Virus record (IMG/VR): IMGVR_UViG_3300009408_000001
Location: 133,531 to 197,530 of that record
Reading direction: 5' to 3' (one strand)
DNA from: a virus
Length of the DNA stretch: 64,000 nucleotides
The first letter of the stretch is position 1. Each line of letters begins with the position of its first letter. Below are positions 20,274 to 29,087 of this stretch, piece by piece. Below the pieces are notes generated by a model. The model did not search any database, was not told the origin of the DNA, and was given only the letters and a program-made list of their open reading frames with translations. Position numbers and translations under genes: made by a program.

Positions 20274-21398
20274 ATGTTAACCATCCTAGTCAAGTCATAC
20301 GCAGATATCATTACCACCTGTTGGAAACTCACACCAGCGGGAATCTCTCCCAAGAGAAGACCGATCCGTTTGATTCCGTTCAAGCGAATCGAAACTGCAA
20401 CTGAAGCACTGGCAATCGCGGATGCCATTCGTATTAACCAAGAGAACTTTGTGTTCTTCATGGCATTCCATCAGTCCCCTGGCTTATACGACTTAGCAGC
20501 GTACGGTAATGTTCCACGGGTTAACCGGTTACTCGGTAACCATCTGCCTCTGACATTTGGAGTAGTAAGAGAACCCACGAACACGTTGTCCTTTTCTGAT
20601 TCGGTGTTGGAATGTAAACAAGAGGACGCACGTCAGTTGGCCATTGTCAATGCGGTTGCGATCGGATATAAGGTACACGGGGATACAATTCTTTCTATGC
20701 GGGATAAGGAACTGGTGTTAAACAGCGAGGGTGCTGTCTCTGAAGGGTTCTTTGACCACTACCTATACCGAACTGTAGGTATGGACGATGCTGCGGGAGA
20801 CACAGCCAGAGGAGCTGCAAGTGCGTACGAAGCGAGTATGAATGCCATTCTTGCGATACATCCGGAAGACAAGGTATTCGGGAAGGATTCTAAAGTAGAA
20901 GACCCCACATCTGAACGAGTGTTACTGTTGAACGGGGAAGTAACGGAAGAAAAGGTAGCAACCCTCATCAAAACACTGTATGAACTAGACGCAGAGGAGG
21001 TTGTTACAACGGTACCCTTGTTCATAAACTCCCGATCTGGATCTTACACCGCAGCATTAGCACTGGCAGAAGCCATCGCCAGAATGCGTACACCGGTTAA
21101 CACAATTGGAATTGGTGAAGTATACGGTCCAGCCGTGGTAGTCCTGGTATCCGGCAATGCCGAAGACAGAGGCGTAACCATGAACTGTGGACTTCGGTTG
21201 ATTACCCCACCCATGTCAGCCTTTGTACCCGGGGACAGTACCCTGATTATGGCAAAGTTGGAATCAGATGCGTATATTCGTAGGTTGTCATCGTCACTGA
21301 TGATTCCAATTGAACACGTTGAGGACATGTTAGCCAAGGTGACGTATCAGTCAGTTACAGATGCCGTTACCCTTAACCTGGTAGACTATGTGATCTAA
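20274..21398 (+). CDS. ClpP-fold protein lacking the catalytic triad, with about 210-aa N-terminal extension
   Basis: C-terminal part aligns by eye to ClpP (RVLLLNGEV, LFINSRSGS, DAVTLNLVDYVI); Ser/His/Asp positions read G/T/V. Confidence 0.75.
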   Translation: MLTILVKSYADIITTCWKLTPAGISPKRRPIRLIPFKRIETATEALAIADAIRINQENFVFFMAFHQSPGLYDLAAYGNVPRVNRLLGNHLPLTFGVVREPTNTLSFSDSVLECKQEDARQLAIVNAVAIGYKVHGDTILSMRDKELVLNSEGAVSEGFFDHYLYRTVGMDDAAGDTARGAASAYEASMNAILAIHPEDKVFGKDSKVEDPTSERVLLLNGEVTEEKVATLIKTLYELDAEEVVTTVPLFINSRSGSYTAALALAEAIARMRTPVNTIGIGEVYGPAVVVLVSGNAEDRGVTMNCGLRLITPPMSAFVPGDSTLIMAKLESDAYIRRLSSSLMIPIEHVEDMLAKVTYQSVTDAVTLNLVDYVI

Positions 21399-21442
21399 CG
21401 GCATAAAACGAGAGCCCAACAGGGCTCTCATCTATGCCGTTA
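21396..21442. terminator. Extended bidirectional hairpin between convergent genes
   Basis: TAACGGCATA...GAGAGCCC-AACA-GGGCTCTC...TATGCCGTTA. Confidence 0.75.
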
Positions 21443-21934
21443 TTCCTTTGGAACTTCCAAGTCTTCAGAGAAACGACTTAACTCCTCTTCTAGCTCTTTC
21501 GCAGTGTAGGCACCCTTCTTAACCTTGAGCGCACATTCGGTGTGAAGTACTTCCCACACACAAGGCTCAAGGTCCAGGATTTCAACAATGCTCATGTTTA
21601 ACGCCGCAGGCATATCCGCACGAATCGTACGTTCTATGAACTGGTTAGCCAAACTGTGCTTAGGCATCTGACTAAACTCATTGTGAGTAGAACATGGGAT
21701 AGGGTTGTCCCATGTAGGCCCCTTGTGAAGGCCCATGATGATGTTGAATCGTTTCCTAGCAACCATAGCGTTAGCAATGCCGTTGATATGAGGAGGCTGC
21801 CTTAACAGTCCTTCTTGCAATGCATCCCGCTGTTCCTTGGTAGGACGAAACTCCGGACTAAGTTCCGGAGTGTGGAGCGCTTCAAACTCTTGGGTCTTGG
21901 CGTTTACAAGTTTTACCGTTGTCCCCATCTCCAA
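21440..21934 (-). CDS. Hypothetical protein
   Basis: 164-aa ORF overlapping the end of the upstream minus-strand gene. Confidence 0.55.
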   Translation of the reverse strand: MEMGTTVKLVNAKTQEFEALHTPELSPEFRPTKEQRDALQEGLLRQPPHINGIANAMVARKRFNIIMGLHKGPTWDNPIPCSTHNEFSQMPKHSLANQFIERTIRADMPAALNMSIVEILDLEPCVWEVLHTECALKVKKGAYTAKELEEELSRFSEDLEVPKE

Positions 21935-23598
21935 CCCATGAGGACGAAAAAAAACCGGACCATGTTACATGGGATCAACCCAACCAATGCTTCCTCGTCT
22001 TCAAGTTGACCCGAATGACAGCTGGGACATTCCCAGTTCTCTGTACCGGTCATAGTAACGATGCTGTCGTTGCGGAACTCAGAGACCTTGTCTTCCAACT
22101 GAGTTACGAAATCAGTATCGGTACTCAGTTCACTCAGTGCGCCAATGATTGTGTCCGTGTCCGTCACTTCCTTTGGTTCATCATCGTCTGGACTCTGTAA
22201 GTACTCAATTGAAGCAATGTTAACTGCCAGTGCAGTCAGTGCCATGTCTTCAGAGAACTGGTTGATGAAGGTAATGCGTTTGCGGCGGCGCACGGCTTCT
22301 TTCATATCCTCAATGCTGTTAAGTGCGTTGTCTGCCATTTCACGGATGTTAGTTTGCCATAGTTCAGCGAACGACTCCGCTAGAGCAATGCTGGCACTGC
22401 GCAGGTAGATGGTAAAGTCAACATCGTCCACACTGACCTTAATGGTGCGTTTCTGGTTAGCCACCTTGTCCTGCATCTTTAGGATCTCTTCCACGGTACG
22501 CATTGTCTTGGGTTTACCCGTGAATTCACGTACCTCAGTAGACAACATGCTGGCATCTGTAACTGCCATCGCCTGGAACTGGAGTAAACTATCAATGTGG
22601 TTGGATACCCCATCTGCGTTCTTCTTAATGGGTGAGATATAGTCACATGTGGCGTGTGCGGTATTCTTACAACGATGTACCGTTGGGTAACCGTTAGGGT
22701 AAATGGATTCCAGAGCAGCAGCTAACAAGTGTTGGATATCTGAGTCTTTCAAGATCCCTTTCAGAAGACCGACTTCACCAGGCATCCATTCGGATACGTT
22801 ACACGCGGTTACATGTGAGAGAACTTCATCCACGATAGTCATGGTAATCGTAGAGTCAGTAGGGTCCATTGCCCAGCCGGAGGTTTCATACCCCATGGAC
22901 ACATTAGCGTTATGCATCAGGGTAGTCAGTGCCAACAGCTCTGAGTTTTTAAACCCACCCAGTGTGAGTGTAAAGCAACTGGCGTGCATTGTTGCCGTTA
23001 CGGGAACACCCAGGCCAATCGCAGAGCGAATGGACTGAATACCTGCTGCACCTGTCATCTCCCGCTTACCACGGTTGTGAGGTACACTGTGGTGGGTATA
23101 AAGACTGCCGTCAGGCGTATCCAACTTTTGTACGTACTCCGAATCTTCCCGGCGGTAGAAGGTAGAATACGGGCGATCGTTACCAGGCCAGGTGGCAGAG
23201 TATGCACCACGATAATACTCAAGGAATGCTTGTACTTTACGTTCACTGTCCTCAAGTGTATCTTTATCGTTTTTTGGCCACGGCAGGGTAGCTCGGAAGT
23301 CACGTAACATCCGACGCCACTCTTTGTCATCCACATCTGTTCCTGGGATGGGTTTTACGGTGTTTCTCAGGCGGTAGTTCTCGGGGACAGCCTTCCGTGG
23401 AGATCGGAACTTCGGCATTTTAACGCGTGCGGTGTAGTGACCACGTGGATCTGGGTCACCTATGGAACTCGACTTCTTTTCTTCAACAGGAACTTCCACT
23501 TCTACAGGAGTAGGTTCCTCCTTTACTGCGGTCTGCTCCATAGTCGGTTTCTTTTCTTCCACTTTCTCTTCCTGTGGAGGGGTCGTATCGTTACTCAT
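21913..23598 (-). CDS. Conserved jumbo-phage protein (phiKZ gp77-like)
   Basis: 561 aa, acidic N-tail, C-terminal CPSC Zn ribbon; synteny. Confidence 0.6.
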   Translation of the reverse strand: MSNDTTPPQEEKVEEKKPTMEQTAVKEEPTPVEVEVPVEEKKSSSIGDPDPRGHYTARVKMPKFRSPRKAVPENYRLRNTVKPIPGTDVDDKEWRRMLRDFRATLPWPKNDKDTLEDSERKVQAFLEYYRGAYSATWPGNDRPYSTFYRREDSEYVQKLDTPDGSLYTHHSVPHNRGKREMTGAAGIQSIRSAIGLGVPVTATMHASCFTLTLGGFKNSELLALTTLMHNANVSMGYETSGWAMDPTDSTITMTIVDEVLSHVTACNVSEWMPGEVGLLKGILKDSDIQHLLAAALESIYPNGYPTVHRCKNTAHATCDYISPIKKNADGVSNHIDSLLQFQAMAVTDASMLSTEVREFTGKPKTMRTVEEILKMQDKVANQKRTIKVSVDDVDFTIYLRSASIALAESFAELWQTNIREMADNALNSIEDMKEAVRRRKRITFINQFSEDMALTALAVNIASIEYLQSPDDDEPKEVTDTDTIIGALSELSTDTDFVTQLEDKVSEFRNDSIVTMTGTENWECPSCHSGQLEDEEALVGLIPCNMVRFFFVLMGWRWGQR

Positions 23599-24082
23599 TG
23601 GTCTCTTCCTTTACGTCAGGTTCTGTAGAATTTGCTTCCTCTTCCTCAATCTGAGGAAGAGCATATGTTTGGGTCAGCTCAGCCATCAGGACAAGTCCGT
23701 TGGTGGAAAGCTCTTCATTGAAGCCGGATGACTCCAGATACAGTGCCAGATACTTCTCCATTTCTTTGGGTGGTACACGCCGTTCTGCGTGGGGACAACG
23801 GGAGCGGACAGACTCGATGGCAGCTTTTACTGCTACCAGGTCTGCTGCGTTAGCTGAAATTCGATTAGCGTCCTCAAGTGAGATCTTTGACTTGATGTCT
23901 GGGTGACTGGTAAATACCCGGAGTCCGGTTCCAATCTCTTTGAGAAGGTTACTTGCAACGTCCAGTTGTTCGGTTACGTCCCCCCATACGGGACGGTTGT
24001 TTAAATCCTTTTCCCGGTTAGCCTCTGTCTTTTTCTGGTTGGACTTTTTCTTAGGTGCGTTACTCTTCTTACCTTTACTCAT
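23591..24082 (-). CDS. Hypothetical protein with basic N-terminus
   Basis: 163 aa with SD GGAGAG, coupled to the next gene. Confidence 0.55.
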   Translation of the reverse strand: MSKGKKSNAPKKKSNQKKTEANREKDLNNRPVWGDVTEQLDVASNLLKEIGTGLRVFTSHPDIKSKISLEDANRISANAADLVAVKAAIESVRSRCPHAERRVPPKEMEKYLALYLESSGFNEELSTNGLVLMAELTQTYALPQIEEEEANSTEPDVKEETNE

Positions 24083-24156
24083 GTTGCTCTCCGTATGTGG
24101 TTGTTATATGTTTGTAACGGATCTTATAATTTAATGTACCTAAAAAAGAGGTTATT

Positions 24157-25023
24157 ATGGATACCGAGTTTGATATACCACTCACGCTTTACGAAGCAAG
24201 TCAGTACGTTCCAGAAGAAAGACTGAAGGCGATTATGTCTATCGAAAATTCGTTCGGTAAAATGTCGTATAGTAAACATGTCGACGCGGTGGAGTATGTG
24301 GGCCAGCAGGATGAACTACCTGGTGCGGCTAAACTTGGTATGTTACATGCTGCGTACCAGGAATACTCAGAAGCCTTGTTAGCGGAGTTCGGGATTAGTC
24401 TTACCGAATCAGTACCCCTTGCAACAATTGCAGCACTTCTCATTTGTTTGCATGAACTATCTTCCCCGTGGGTAGCGGAGTCCGTAACCGAGTTAGACAT
24501 CACCGATTCCTCACCAGAAGAATACTTGGCGGCAGCCTGTGCCTCTCTGTCAGATATCCGCATGTTTGACTACCTACATGCATTTGTGGATGTAGACAGT
24601 GCCTTAACAAACAAGATTAAAGGGTTAGCCGAGTCTCACGTGGAGTACCTGGATAAGGAAGACCAAGAGGAATTGGAAGAAAGTCGAGACGATGACGCGA
24701 TTGCGGTATCCAAAGCCAGGGTTAAGAAAGTCATCGCAATGATGCCCGCAGTAGAGGCCAGTCCAGCATACCGCCACATTACCACCTCTCGCGTTTTCCC
24801 ATACGGTCTTACCTACGCACTGGCAAGTGTAGAGAAGTTCATTGAACCCCATCACCTGATCAGCCACATGGCAGAAGAGTACATGTTGATCTTCGCAGGA
24901 TCAGACATTCCCAACAGTACCCCATGGAATGAAGTCCTCTCGGAGATTTTAGAGTACGTACCAGATGACTGGAGGATACCCTTTTCTGCCTTAGCGGTAC
25001 AGTACTACGAGGAGATGACATGA
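24157..25023 (+). CDS. Conserved acidic protein (phiKZ gp79-like)
   Basis: 288 aa, ATGA-coupled to the vRNAP subunit. Confidence 0.55.
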   Translation: MDTEFDIPLTLYEASQYVPEERLKAIMSIENSFGKMSYSKHVDAVEYVGQQDELPGAAKLGMLHAAYQEYSEALLAEFGISLTESVPLATIAALLICLHELSSPWVAESVTELDITDSSPEEYLAAACASLSDIRMFDYLHAFVDVDSALTNKIKGLAESHVEYLDKEDQEELEESRDDDAIAVSKARVKKVIAMMPAVEASPAYRHITTSRVFPYGLTYALASVEKFIEPHHLISHMAEEYMLIFAGSDIPNSTPWNEVLSEILEYVPDDWRIPFSALAVQYYEEMT

Positions 25024-26393
25024 ACAAGTACGAGGTATTTAAACTGGCGCACAAGAACCGACTTACCTATACCAGACGGTGGATGATGCGCACCTATTCG
25101 GTCCCACTCGTAACTGAGAATAAGGCATTGGACTATTTCATCTCTCTGAAAATAGGGGAACGGGAGACCGCCACCAAGTCCGTGTTTGATGAGGGAGATA
25201 TGGCGTTTATGATGTCCCCTCGAGGACAGGGTCCAAACGTGGAAGACTTTAGACCCGGGTACGTATACTACTCCAGTGATAAGAAAGTCATGGTACTGAA
25301 TGAAGGACTGGAGTTTGAAGAGATCACCGGGACTAACTTTACCGAACCACTGTACGGGATTTTGGAACAAACGACCGTGGCTAAAGATGATTTCCTCATG
25401 GTAAAGGAGACGACAAAGACAAATTACAGTACCCTCCTCCATAACCTGGTCATCTACGAATATGCATTTGGGGATGCCCTTCCCTTTGTAAATGCGAAGA
25501 TGTCGCCTAAAGGGAACGATGCTGCTGTAGCCAAGGCGTGGGCAGAGAAGAAGATCGATACTGCGATGTACCGTAACCACACAAAGGGACTTGGTCTAAT
25601 GGAGTGCATGTCCATTGTATCTGTTCCCTCTGCCACCCCTAAGGCAGCACTGACACACCCTGGTGTTGGGGCCCTTAAGAAGAAACTGCTTGAGAAACAC
25701 AAAGATGAACTTGGTGACCCAGTAACCGTAGCGCACATTGAAGCAGAGTTGGTTAAGTTAGATGGGGAACACTTGAAGGGCGACCCCAGTGACAGGTTCT
25801 TCAATGGTAAGGCCCGGGCGGTTAGCCGAAAGAGAATGCTTCTTATCTTCGGTGGAGAACCCACCCTAGAGGATGCCACTGTAATTAAGTTGTCAAATGC
25901 TTCCCTTACAGAAGGAATCAACATTGACGATTTGCCAATGATGGTTAACTCGCTAAGGATGGGTTCATTCTACCGTGGAGCAGAAACCGCAAATGGTGGT
26001 GAGGCAGCTAAGTTCGCAGGGCGGATTTACCAGAATACCCGTTTAGCAGATAAGGACTGTGGTACGAAAGTGGGTAACCTGACTGGGATTACCTCTAAAA
26101 ACTATTCGATGTTCGTGGGAAGACACACAGTCGGGGGTAAACAACCCCACACGCTGTCCAGTGCAAAGGCACTTGTTGGCAAGGGGTTTTACCTACGGAC
26201 TCCCCAGGCGTGTGCCACTGTCAATGGCAACTACTGCGAGGTATGCATGGGGGATGATGTAACGAACTCAGGAGTGGGACTGGCTCCCCAGGCATCAGCA
26301 GTAGGAAATTCTTTCATGATTATCTCCCTGTCACAGTTCCATGGGCGTAAGTTGGAAACTGCATTCTGGAACTACGCGGAGTCAATCCGATGA
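25020..26393 (+). CDS. Virion RNAP beta' C-terminal subunit (phiKZ gp80-like)
   Basis: RGAETANGGE bridge-helix-like motif, DCGT and C...YCEVCMG Zn site. Confidence 0.85.
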   Translation: MNKYEVFKLAHKNRLTYTRRWMMRTYSVPLVTENKALDYFISLKIGERETATKSVFDEGDMAFMMSPRGQGPNVEDFRPGYVYYSSDKKVMVLNEGLEFEEITGTNFTEPLYGILEQTTVAKDDFLMVKETTKTNYSTLLHNLVIYEYAFGDALPFVNAKMSPKGNDAAVAKAWAEKKIDTAMYRNHTKGLGLMECMSIVSVPSATPKAALTHPGVGALKKKLLEKHKDELGDPVTVAHIEAELVKLDGEHLKGDPSDRFFNGKARAVSRKRMLLIFGGEPTLEDATVIKLSNASLTEGINIDDLPMMVNSLRMGSFYRGAETANGGEAAKFAGRIYQNTRLADKDCGTKVGNLTGITSKNYSMFVGRHTVGGKQPHTLSSAKALVGKGFYLRTPQACATVNGNYCEVCMGDDVTNSGVGLAPQASAVGNSFMIISLSQFHGRKLETAFWNYAESIR

Positions 26394-26872
26394 GCACGCT
26401 TGACATCCAAACGATACTCATGATAACCACGTACGGTGGGATCTTCATAGGCTTGACCCGGTGGAGGCTTTTCATGGAAAGTATGAAATCCACCGGGTTT
26501 GACCCTGCCCTCTGGCGAGCAATTGTCTTGTTTGTTTTACTGCCGGACAGCTATGTATTGGTCGGCCTGTTAACCGCTCCCCCATACGGGTACGATTTAC
26601 TGGCACTGGCATACCCGATCACGGCATTGTTGTACGTGTACCTCTTAACCCGTCCGCCTGTTGAAAATTCCATACTGTACTTATTGTTAGCTGTGGTTAT
26701 ACTTGGTATGATTCTAGTCCTTATTGTGACGTACCATCCACGTGATACGGTTAAGATGGCGACCAGCATTGCTTTCTTCCTGTACGCCGCTAGCTTATGT
26801 CGGGGTGCGGCTGGTAAACAACGGTCATTGGATATGTACTGTTGGTCGAGGAACTTCCTCGGCGCAAGGTAG
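26390..26872 (+). CDS. Small polytopic membrane protein
   Basis: About five hydrophobic segments; ATGA-coupled to the vRNAP gene. Confidence 0.65.
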   Translation: MSTLDIQTILMITTYGGIFIGLTRWRLFMESMKSTGFDPALWRAIVLFVLLPDSYVLVGLLTAPPYGYDLLALAYPITALLYVYLLTRPPVENSILYLLLAVVILGMILVLIVTYHPRDTVKMATSIAFFLYAASLCRGAAGKQRSLDMYCWSRNFLGAR

Positions 26873-26892
26873 TCCCAGTGATGCATGAGGGA

Positions 26893-26907
26893 CATATTAC
26901 CAAGGTG
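26893..26907 (+). promoter_or_regulatory. Early promoter (CATATTAC-N6-G)
   Basis: Window consensus, upstream of a cassette ORF. Confidence 0.65.
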
Positions 26908-26945
26908 AGTCCAACATTCGTTTGGGTGCAAGTAGGAGTAATTTA

Positions 26946-27245
26946 ATGCGTGTAGGTTTTTATGTTGTGCCGTTTCACATGGTGGCCCTGTGGACAGTGG
27001 GTGTGCCCGTATGGATTTTGTTCATTGGGTTTGGCATGGGAGTGACCTGTGTTCTCCCATTCCGGATCACCGATTCAAAACAATGGGCTGAGGTTAAGAA
27101 CATTGCACTGTGGGTAACCTTAGTATCCAGTTCCGTTATCTCATTTCAGATACCAGTGATGGAATCTGGTGCAGTTGTATTATACTGTCACCTATTGGTC
27201 ATAACGTGGTACTTAGATATACGACGGTTACTAGAAGAGGTGTAA
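26946..27245 (+). CDS. Small membrane protein (cassette 1)
   Basis: 99 aa, mostly hydrophobic; SD AGGAG before ATG 26946. Confidence 0.65.
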   Translation: MRVGFYVVPFHMVALWTVGVPVWILFIGFGMGVTCVLPFRITDSKQWAEVKNIALWVTLVSSSVISFQIPVMESGAVVLYCHLLVITWYLDIRRLLEEV

Positions 27246-27257
27246 CAGCATAAGTAG

Positions 27258-27288
27258 GAGGCCCCTTTACAGGGCCTCTTTCTTTTTT
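27258..27288 (+). terminator. Cassette-family terminator
   Basis: GAGGCCC-loop-GGGCCTC plus T tract. Confidence 0.8.
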
Positions 27289-27328
27289 GCCCTAGTTACT
27301 AAAACTGGTTTCAAGGATCCTGAAATAC

Positions 27329-27343
27329 CATATTACCTTAACG
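27329..27343 (+). promoter_or_regulatory. Early promoter (CATATTAC-N6-G)
   Basis: Window consensus; followed by a GCAATATTGC palindrome at 27351-27360. Confidence 0.7.
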
Positions 27344-27398
27344 ATCATACGCAATATTGCTTATGACATTACGGCTCTTACTGAGCAAAGGATTCATC

Positions 27399-27851
27399 AT
27401 GGTAAATTTCTTTTTGAACATCGCGATAACGCTGGTCGTCACAGTCCTCACCGTCCAGGCAATTGATGCCTTCTCTGAAAAGGGAACACGTGTTGGCTTT
27501 ATCACAGGTATGTTAGGAGAGGTACTCCTCCTTTCCTACCTCGGTGGGGAATTTGCATCCTTCATGGTGCTCCTCTTGGTTACGTCCCACCTCGGTGGGC
27601 TGATGGCCATTAAGGACATTGACACGCACCGGGAACCAACCAAGCTGGAATCCTTCTACCAAGCGGTTCTCTTGGTGGCCCCGCTGGGTTCGCTGGCGGC
27701 GGCGTACATAATGGGAGTCTTCTTCCACGAGGACATCACTGTCCTAGCCGCATTTTCTGTGTACACCTGTGTTAGCGGAAGCATATACGTTTACGCAATT
27801 AAGGGGAAACGGGTGGTACAGTTAGCGCGGCGGATGGTCGCCCGCTGGTAA
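27399..27851 (+). CDS. Polytopic membrane protein (cassette 2)
   Basis: About five hydrophobic segments; start trimmed to MVNFF after AAAGGA. Confidence 0.65.
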   Translation: MVNFFLNIAITLVVTVLTVQAIDAFSEKGTRVGFITGMLGEVLLLSYLGGEFASFMVLLLVTSHLGGLMAIKDIDTHREPTKLESFYQAVLLVAPLGSLAAAYIMGVFFHEDITVLAAFSVYTCVSGSIYVYAIKGKRVVQLARRMVARW

Positions 27852-27852
27852 A

Positions 27853-27886
27853 AAAAGAGACCCTTAACGGGGTCTCTTTTTTCTTT
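27853..27886 (+). terminator. Cassette-family terminator
   Basis: AAAAAGAGACCC-TTAACG-GGGTCTCTTTTT. Confidence 0.8.
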
Positions 27887-27908
27887 GTATTCAGGACTCT
27901 TTAAATAC

Positions 27909-27942
27909 CATATTACCGTAACGATAACACCTCCGTGTTATC
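27909..27942 (+). promoter_or_regulatory. Early promoter plus +1 palindrome GATAACAC-CTCC-GTGTTATC
   Basis: CATATTAC, 6 nt, then a perfect 8-bp inverted repeat. Confidence 0.8.
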
Positions 27943-27965
27943 TAATTCATTTGGAGTAATGTAGT

Positions 27966-28319
27966 ATGGTTACCATTTATGATGTATCGCTATTGTCACT
28001 GTGGTTCTTTAACCTATGGCAGGTTTCTCAATTGCCGACAGTATCCCTAACCGCTAAGGCAGCAATCGCTGCAATAGCGACCGTGAACCTAATTGGGTTC
28101 TCCTTACTGGGGTACGTCATAGGAGGACAGGTTACAATGGTTGCATTCCCTGCCCTGCTTATTGCGCCCTATTGCTTTCCTAGGATAATGTCTGCCCCTG
28201 TAGGTAGTATCGTACCAAAGGGAGTAGTTAGTATTGGTTACCTAGTGAGCGGTGTGACATTCTTACTGTCATCGCTTGTTCTGGTATACGCATCCCTATC
28301 CTACATGGGTCGGCTATAA
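27966..28319 (+). CDS. Small membrane protein (cassette 3)
   Basis: 117 aa, about four hydrophobic segments; SD TTGGAG. Confidence 0.65.
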   Translation: MVTIYDVSLLSLWFFNLWQVSQLPTVSLTAKAAIAAIATVNLIGFSLLGYVIGGQVTMVAFPALLIAPYCFPRIMSAPVGSIVPKGVVSIGYLVSGVTFLLSSLVLVYASLSYMGRL

Positions 28320-28331
28320 CAGCATAAACAG

Positions 28332-28361
28332 GAGGCCCTTTTCAGGGCCTCTTTTTTCTTT
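28332..28361 (+). terminator. Cassette-family terminator
   Basis: GAGGCCC-TTTTCA-GGGCCTC plus T tract. Confidence 0.8.
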
Positions 28362-28382
28362 GCCTTTTAACGGGCCAGTGTG

Positions 28383-29021
28383 TTACTCATCCAAGCCGTA
28401 CGCAGCACGCATGGTAGAGACGATAGCATCACGGTTATGTGCCTGGATGGTTTCAGCCACAGTAGCCATAGAGATCATACGACGTGCGGTACTACCACGG
28501 GTTTCTGGATCACGAGTTACATAAGCCGTAGTCAGAATCACTTCAGCTTCACGACGAGGACCAGGACGAGGCCACAAACCTGGAAGGGAGTAACCTGCCA
28601 GCAACTGACCACTGCCAAATGCACCATTGACATTGCGGTTCATGGAATCCATGAGGAATACGAAACCAGCACGAGCAACCGATTGATCGGGATTGGTCAT
28701 AATGGAAATGGTACCATATGCCAGTTTACGACATTGTTCGATCATCAGCGAATTGGGCTTATCAACTGCAGCACTCATTTCTTTGGCGTATTCGGCCAAC
28801 ATGGTTTTGTAGTTTTCCAAGATAATGTTTTTGTTATCCTTTACAGAAACCGGTGCAACAGCAGGCGTTGGAGCAGGAGCAGCTGCTGCTACTTTCTGTG
28901 CGGTACCTAAGGCAGGGGCGGTAGGTTTATCCGCAACGGGTTTGGCTGGAGTAGTTGGGGTAGCTGCTGGGGTAGGGATGTTTTGACGGTTGTTCTGGTT
29001 GTTGCGGTTTTTGTTGCTCAT
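28383..29021 (-). CDS. Conserved hypothetical protein with N/Q- and P/A-rich N-terminus
   Basis: 212-aa ORF downstream of the polymerase exonuclease gene. Confidence 0.6.
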   Translation of the reverse strand: MSNKNRNNQNNRQNIPTPAATPTTPAKPVADKPTAPALGTAQKVAAAAPAPTPAVAPVSVKDNKNIILENYKTMLAEYAKEMSAAVDKPNSLMIEQCRKLAYGTISIMTNPDQSVARAGFVFLMDSMNRNVNGAFGSGQLLAGYSLPGLWPRPGPRREAEVILTTAYVTRDPETRGSTARRMISMATVAETIQAHNRDAIVSTMRAAYGLDE

Positions 29022-29075
29022 AGTCTCGTCTCTTGTTTAGCGGGAAACCCCGCGTTGATAATGGGAACAGGTACA

Positions 29076-29087
29076 GGGGGGGGGGGG
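29076..29087. repeat. G12 homopolymer
   Basis: Twelve consecutive G immediately beyond the stop of 29088..30758. Confidence 0.9.
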
